A stretch of 64,000 nt of DNA, taken from NCBI RefSeq assembly GCF_000143415.4, contig NW_003314265.1, positions 3,230,529 through 3,294,528 on the forward strand, read 5' to 3'. The notes beneath the pieces were generated by a model. That model saw nothing but the letters and a program-made list of their open reading frames with translations, was not told the origin of the DNA and did no database searches. The DNA comes from Selaginella moellendorffii. Its lineage: Eukaryota; Plantae; Lycopodiophyta. Both the position numbers and the translations under genes were made by a program. This document shows positions 57,479 to 64,000 of the stretch, piece after piece (positions within the stretch are counted from its first letter, which is position 1; every line of letters begins with the position of its first letter).

Positions 57479-58927
57479 CTAAGATCGTCTTTGACAGATA
57501 GATGCTCTCAGTGGGTTCTTCATCTGAACCGTGAAGACTGTTCTCGGGCTTAGATCCACTTCCTTGCCTTCGGCTCTCCACTCGAATGCCTGGACCAAGT
57601 TGGCGACAATGAGATGAACGTGTAGCATTCCGAGGTGCTTCCCGGGACAATCTCGCCTTCCAGCTCCAAACGGGATCATGCTCATTCTCTTGCTCAACTC
57701 GGTCTGCTCGAAGAACCTTTCCGGCAGGAACTTGTCGGGATTCTTCCAAACGCCTGCATCGTTGGACAGGCTCTGGAGATGAACCACCACAGTGCTTTCC
57801 TTGGGGATGTCATATCCTGCGAGCTTGGTTGCGTGAACCGGCGTGCGAGGCGCAGACAAGTACACCGGAGGGTGTTTTCTCAGAGCCTCCTTGACGACCG
57901 CATGCAGGTATGGCAGCTTTGGCAGATCAGCAACTTTCACCCCGCTTTTCTGCCCGACGTTTTCAGCCAGCTCTCGAAAGACTCTCTCCTGTATTCCTGG
58001 GTACTTGATCAGGTTGGCCATACTCCATTCAACACAGTTGGTGGTGGTGTCAGCCCCGGCAATGAAGAGCTCCCTCACGAGAACAGCTAAGTCGAGGTCG
58101 ACATCCTCCAAGTTCTTCCCTTGGAGTGAAAGCAAAGTCTGGACGTAGCTTTCGCTGGCCGCTGGACATTCTCGGGACAAGAGCCCTTTGAGCAGCTGGT
58201 TTTGACGTACCAAGAAGCTCTTCTGCTTGGTGTGGCTAGTGAAGACTTTGAGAAACGGAACCAGATCCCCGAGCACAGGATGCAGCATCGTGGTGGCCTC
58301 CTTCATCAGAGCGTTGAGCTCCTCCAACTTGGCCTCCTCCAACTTTCGTCCAAAGCATACAAAGCTCAGGATCTGGAAGAGAACGCACCTTACACTCACG
58401 GACAGGGACTCGACAGTGCCGCCGGACTGTTTCGCCTCGGATGCAAGCTTTCGCACCAGATCTTCCGCGGCTTGTTCTTGGACCGGAGCGAAGCCGCTCA
58501 TCACCCGCGGGCTCAGGATGCCACTCACCAAATTCTTCCTCGTGGCTCGCCAGTGGACTCCATACGGCGACGAGTTGATGGTCTTGAAGCCGCTGGTGAG
58601 CAGCCTCATGGAGGGGACGTCGGGCCTCGAGGCAAGCACCGAGCCTTTCTCGACCAGCGCCTCGCGAGCGATGTCGGGGCTGGAGATGAGGATGGTGGCG
58701 ACGGAGCCATTCCAGAGCGTGACGATGGGGCCATACCTCGCGACCAGCTGCTGGAACTTTTGTGGATCGGAGAGGAGCCGGGGGATCTCACGCATGGATC
58801 CAAGAACAGGCCAGCCGATCGGGCCGGGTGGCATTCGCCGGCGGAGATTCAAGTGCTGGAGGAAGAACAAGCTCCATGAAGCGAGAGCGAGCAACGCGAT
58901 TGTGGCCACTAGCGCTGCAAGGTCCAT
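57479..58927 (-). CDS. Cytochrome P450, CYP71 clan (CYP77/CYP89-like), intronless
   Basis: Membrane anchor, PPGP, AGADTT, EALR, PERF and heme motif PFGAGRRDCPG. Confidence 0.95.
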   Translation of the reverse strand: MDLAALVATIALLALASWSLFFLQHLNLRRRMPPGPIGWPVLGSMREIPRLLSDPQKFQQLVARYGPIVTLWNGSVATILISSPDIAREALVEKGSVLASRPDVPSMRLLTSGFKTINSSPYGVHWRATRKNLVSGILSPRVMSGFAPVQEQAAEDLVRKLASEAKQSGGTVESLSVSVRCVLFQILSFVCFGRKLEEAKLEELNALMKEATTMLHPVLGDLVPFLKVFTSHTKQKSFLVRQNQLLKGLLSRECPAASESYVQTLLSLQGKNLEDVDLDLAVLVRELFIAGADTTTNCVEWSMANLIKYPGIQERVFRELAENVGQKSGVKVADLPKLPYLHAVVKEALRKHPPVYLSAPRTPVHATKLAGYDIPKESTVVVHLQSLSNDAGVWKNPDKFLPERFFEQTELSKRMSMIPFGAGRRDCPGKHLGMLHVHLIVANLVQAFEWRAEGKEVDLSPRTVFTVQMKNPLRASICQRRS

Positions 58928-60232
58928 GGATAAAGAAGATCTCGTGGACTAAAAACGTGGTCTGTTTAGCTTCAGCAGGGATGGCAGACCTGACATTTTA
59001 TATACGACAGATGAACGGTATCATTCCTCCAAACTTTGGACCACACTGAGCAGAATCTAACTTGAAGCTTAAGTACACACAGGGAGAGGTTTTGAGTGTT
59101 CCACACTCCCCTTTTGTACTTTTGCTTTGGTGCCAATTCTTCTCGTCTTTGGCTGGAATACAAAGGCAGCCCATTTGACAAAATAAAAAGGGTTGAAGGA
59201 AAAAACTGTCCAGTTTTTTTTCCTTTCTCATGGATAAGCATTGTGCATGGCATTTTTATCGCCACTTGTCAAGTTGGAGATACCTTTAAGATTAGCACAA
59301 CTGTCCGAACGAAATAAGTCTTAAGACTAAATTAAAAATTATAAAGCTCTTTCTATTTAGATTTAAGTTGAAACTTTTTCTCAATAGTATATAACTTATA
59401 TTATTTAAAATTAAATTAGTTTTATAATAAGAATCTAATCTATTTTAAAATTACCAAAATATTTCCTAACATTATATTTCAAGTTGGTCACACATTTCAA
59501 AACAGTTGCAAAATGCATAAAGAATGAAAGAATGCTGAAAATTAATCTTACATACTTAAGGAAATACAGTGCGAAAGTGATTTGGTCCTTCTTGTTAAAA
59601 TATTTCAGGCTTGATAATCAACATGCCTACGCTATTCTTTCAGCAATCTTCCATAGCTTGGGGTGTTCTGATAGTTTACATAGCATCAATCCAAACCAGA
59701 TATGAGCATTTTTAAGGCTCTTCAGCCCCCCATGCTAAAGATAATATCAAGAAGCAGCAAAGAGAACAAAGTACCTCCGTAACAACCAGCAATGTGTTTC
59801 TATCTCTCGACCTTGTATTGTCTTGATCTTTTTGGCTTTCAACTTGCCTGCTTCCCCAATGAGACGCCTGTTCGATTTCATCGTCTGTGAGCTGGCTTTA
59901 GAACTCGGTTTGAGAGACAATGCACAGATCTAGATAAGTAATCAAATCTGGAATGCATAGGTCTGGGAGTGCTGGAGACTGAAGTGGAGCAACATACCAA
60001 TTCATGTAACTGTAAGAATCTTGAGACAGTTAAATAAACAGCAAAACTTTATTCATATGAAAACTACATACGTATCAATTTATTGAGGTAGCATACGCAA
60101 TCCTGGCTTCAAGTATCCACTTAGTTCTCTCCCAGAAAGGCAAAGATACCCTGAGCAACAACAAACAGCAAGTACTTCAACTTAGTGAATTAGTCTTGCA
60201 GGAGTCGTGAGCATCACTTACATGGAGCATAG

Positions 60233-60427
60233 TTAAGTCTGAGAGGATGCTCTCAAGCGGCCCAAAGATCGAATACATGTCAGGCAAATTTCCCTACCGA
60301 AGTAGGGATCGTATTTACAACAAAACCATTTGGGGCAGCTAGAATCTTGACAAGCACCACTAGCAACCATGAAGCAAGCAAGGAGGCAGAGTGTGAAGAA
60401 GCAAAGAGCTGCTGCAGTGACCTTCAT
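60233..60427 (-). CDS. Small secreted cysteine-rich peptide (64 aa)
   Basis: Hydrophobic signal MKVTAAALCFFTLCLLACFMVASG, then CQDSSCPKWFCCKYDPYFGREICLTC. Splice acceptor just upstream of 60463 and GTAAGT donor just after the stop. Confidence 0.65.
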   Translation of the reverse strand: MKVTAAALCFFTLCLLACFMVASGACQDSSCPKWFCCKYDPYFGREICLTCIRSLGRLRASSQT

Positions 60428-63400
60428 CGTGTTCGCCCCTTTTTGGAATCCAGAGAGGAACACCTATGTTATTATATACCATTACTATCCGGCCACTTGG
60501 CACAGCTATTTTATTGCAAAACACTGTCGATGATGCTTTTCTGCCAGCTTGAAGATAGATATTGTGCTTGGAGGAGGCAGAATTAGTTAAATGCTTGATG
60601 CAATATGCAATACTTTCCATCTCAAATAAGCACAATAATTTTATGAGATTATGGTTCCTAAAGTTAAATTATGATTGGGGAGGTACATGACATGCTATTG
60701 GCAACCATGAAGGAAACAAAGCGTGAGCCTGCAATTTTCTTCATAGTGAAATGTGTTAATACCAGCTTAATAGTGTTTTTCCACAATGTGAACATGACCT
60801 AATGCCTTCACAGCTGCACTTTACTATATCTAATAATTTCCTGCACGTAATATTACAAGGTTGAAGTAGATCAATGACATGATGGATGCAATGCATAGCA
60901 TAATGTTTCTTGTTGGTATGCCCTAGATAGGACTCTCCATTTGTTGAAGCATCTTTTTCTCTAGTTGTGCGGTCTTTTTCCATAGGTGTAATAGCTATGG
61001 ATTTTGTTCAATTTTTCTGTCGGCTCTAGCCAGAGAAAATTTTGAGTGTCCAGATTTCCACCACGTACGCAAAGAAATGTAAAGCTGAGTTGACATTTAA
61101 ATATTTTATGCTATAAATAGAAAAAAATTATATTAAATAGCATAGTGAGATTTTTTAGCTATTGTAAAGATTTCAACCTGGACCACTCCTCTTGTATATA
61201 ATCTAGGGTTTTGAAGCTAATTCTAATATACATTTTTTTTTTGTCTTCTAGATATCTTTGACTGGCTCTAAGGAGCATTTGAATTTATACTTTATGTTTA
61301 CATCATTTATATCTCTTTTACTTTTGTAGTTTTTCAATATTTTCTCTTTTTTGTTTTTCCTTTTCTTTTAATATACTCTCCCTTTGGAGCAATAATTGGT
61401 GCAGTTGCTAAATGATATATAGGTACATCTAAACAATTAGAATAGCATATGGTGCAACTTTAGAGCTGTATTTGCAAATAGAAATGAATGACTTAAATAG
61501 ATAAGGAAACTCCTCCATTTATATACATGTGAGTTTTTATTAAATCCAAATTCTTTCTTTCTTTGAGCAAGATATATTTGTGGCATGATTAGCTAAAAGG
61601 GCTAAGAGGCAATGATAATTTCAAATTAAATTTAAACTTCAAGTTCATAAGTTGTAATATACTTTCTGTTATAGAGATGAAAACTATCACCATGGAAACA
61701 TAAACGTTTGAGAAATTATTTTTTTGCAAATTTTAAACTTCATAAACTTGATAATCTTGATTTATTTTCTCCTATGAGGGAGGAAGTTGTTATGTCTTCT
61801 CCCAAGAGTATATTTAATAGAAAGCTAATAAATAAAAAGAACATTTTTAATAGTTTTTTACAAAGTTTGGCTTGCTTTGGAAAGCTAGAAAAAGTGAAAA
61901 AAAAATCTTACTGTTCTAATGTTTGTTAAATTCTCAATATTAATAACACAATAGAAGAAATATTATTAAAATCATTCATAGGCATGCTCAATCTTTTAGT
62001 TTAAATTTCTCTAGAAATATGGCAAGAGTCACTAAGTTTGAAGAATAACATTTGCTGAAATTAGTTATAAAGCATTTAGAAGGTAAAGCAATCATCTTAG
62101 ATTAATTAATACATAAGCTTTCATAATTTACGAGCAGTGGCAAAATGTTATCTTACAGTGAGTAATAGATAAGTCTTCATGATTTAAGGGCTTGAGCAAG
62201 AAAATAATAAAATATAATTCTAATCCAAAGAAAATTATGAATGATATTGATTAAAGTTTTAAATTAACTATTTTATATACATGCATCTTTATTCATCATT
62301 AAAATATTTAATTATTTAATATAAATTTTAATATATTATGTTATTTTATTTTTAACTTTTTTATTCATTTAGTAAACTGTTTGATGCTAAAACGTTTTAA
62401 GAAACTATATACTATATACGTGGTATAAAATTGTTTTATTTAAGTTAGAAAAAAACTCAAAGAAATTTATTTGATGATTAACTATTAAATTTTTTTTATG
62501 GAAAATTAGAGTTCTATATTAAGAAAAATAAAATAAAATATAATTTGTTGACTTAACTTTTTTTAAAACAAAATACAACATTCAAGACACTATGTCAAAA
62601 TATCTATACTATCCTTAATTCCAATGAGAAAGAGAAAAGAAATTTCTCTTACCTTAAAAACCTTTTTTATAAGGGTATTAGTTAATATTGAAACCATTAA
62701 ACCTTTTGGGTTTTAATTTTAATTTTCCAGGTAGAGAATACTAATAATAATGATACTATCCCTTTGCTGTTGGAGGTCCACAACACCATGGTGTCTACTT
62801 ACATTCGCATTGGAAGAAGTTCTCCCAGGGTGAACGCCTCAGTGTGGATCTAGTCGATTCTGGCATGGTTTGGCATTAAATTCTGCAGCATGTTCTATGC
62901 CTCAAACAACAAGCTCTGGACGTGCTCAAGATTGTCACAAAGAAGTTTGGTTGTGTCCACAGCGGCATTCAACCAGTATATTGGTGCAATTCAGCATGTC
63001 GTCCAATGCCAGATGCCACTGTGCTGAAGCTCAGGAATGCGTGTCGGGAGCTGGAGGCGTCATAGGTGGAATCCGAACTAGTTGCCACGCTTGAATGTCA
63101 AGTCAACTTGTCCAAGTCCTTACTCACTGTTTGTGATGTTGACTCTACCTGCGCAAAAGTCCCTGCATGATGACCTCGATCAAGCCAACGCTGAGCACAG
63201 GTTAGCACTCCTATATTTGGTCCCAGAATCCAGAGCGTCATTTCTTCACCAGTGACTGGGGTGCGTAGCAGCATCTCCTTGCAACTTCATCCAGTCATGC
63301 ATGCGGAGATGGGCTAGGTCGTTACTATTGTGCTGCAGCTGTGCGTTGTGCCTGAGAGGGTGGGAGGCAGGCTTACACGACCTCGAGCTATACACAGTTA

Positions 63401-64000
63401 CCACTTCGCATGCATCCTTGCATCCATTCACATGAGTATGTGTTGGTTGTATGAGACATGTGGTGTACGTTGGGGAGGCATGGACTTCAGAGCTGCAAAG
63501 GGCTGCATCCCCAGTAAGCTGGTCAATTTTGTTATTGTAATGGCTGGTAACTTGTTCTATATTCTTTTGCAAGAGGTTGAGACTAGTCGAGCCAGATCTC
63601 CTCACGGAAATGAAACTCTGAGCCAGTCATTTTGAACACTTGGCCACATTGACATTCACTATTCCCATGAGCTCTCACTAACAACGTGGTTTCTTAGACA
63701 TGGACGACCCCAATCATCACTCACTTGGTGCTATAAATAGGACTTCTAAAATGAGAAAATTATATCTAGTTTGGCAATTAATTTTAAATATTTTTCTTAA
63801 TAGTGCTTTATTTGGTATTTTTTATCTAGTTTAGCTTTTAGTGTGAGATACTTTTTAGTATACTTTCTTAAAATATTTTTAATAAAAGTGTTACTCTGTT
63901 TTTCATTAAATGTTACACATGATTTTCTTATGGTAAAATATTTAAGATTTTGTATAGTTTAAAAAAAATAAAATGATATGGTTAGTACAAGTTTTGATTT

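Noticed and set aside
62730-63710. GC-richer island with short ORFs in AT-rich DNA
   Set aside because: Stops in the frames I read and no recognisable motif; possibly a decayed gene but not supportable.

Overview
Eukaryotic plant DNA with four N gaps (2901-3000, 4939-5391, 30798-30897, 40255-40416). Introns of 44-70 nt, very short intergenic distances, PLS/DYW PPR genes and a chromovirus lacking a tRNA primer site suggest a compact non-seed-plant genome such as the lycophyte Selaginella (inference). Left 37.4 kb is a transposon island containing: a decayed MULE/SWIM transposase; a small intact zinc-finger ORF; a Helitron-type 3' end; a gag-protease remnant; a non-coding LTR (LARD-like) family whose internal domain is an array of hairpins; a chromovirus with a self-priming site and a -1 frameshift signal, nested four levels deep; and two decayed homologues of a ParB/Srx-like gene, one fused to a beta-class (N6A/N4C-type) DNA methyltransferase-like domain. 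Right 26 kb is a dense host gene block: truncated G-type lectin RLK pseudogene, GT31 galactosyltransferase, PSF3 and FAS1 head-to-head, three PPR genes, a PH-domain/proline-rich gene, a CYP450 and a small secreted cysteine-rich peptide. The best novelty candidates are the transposon-associated ParB-methyltransferase fusion and the hairpin-array retroelement. All calls come from manual reading; no searches were run.
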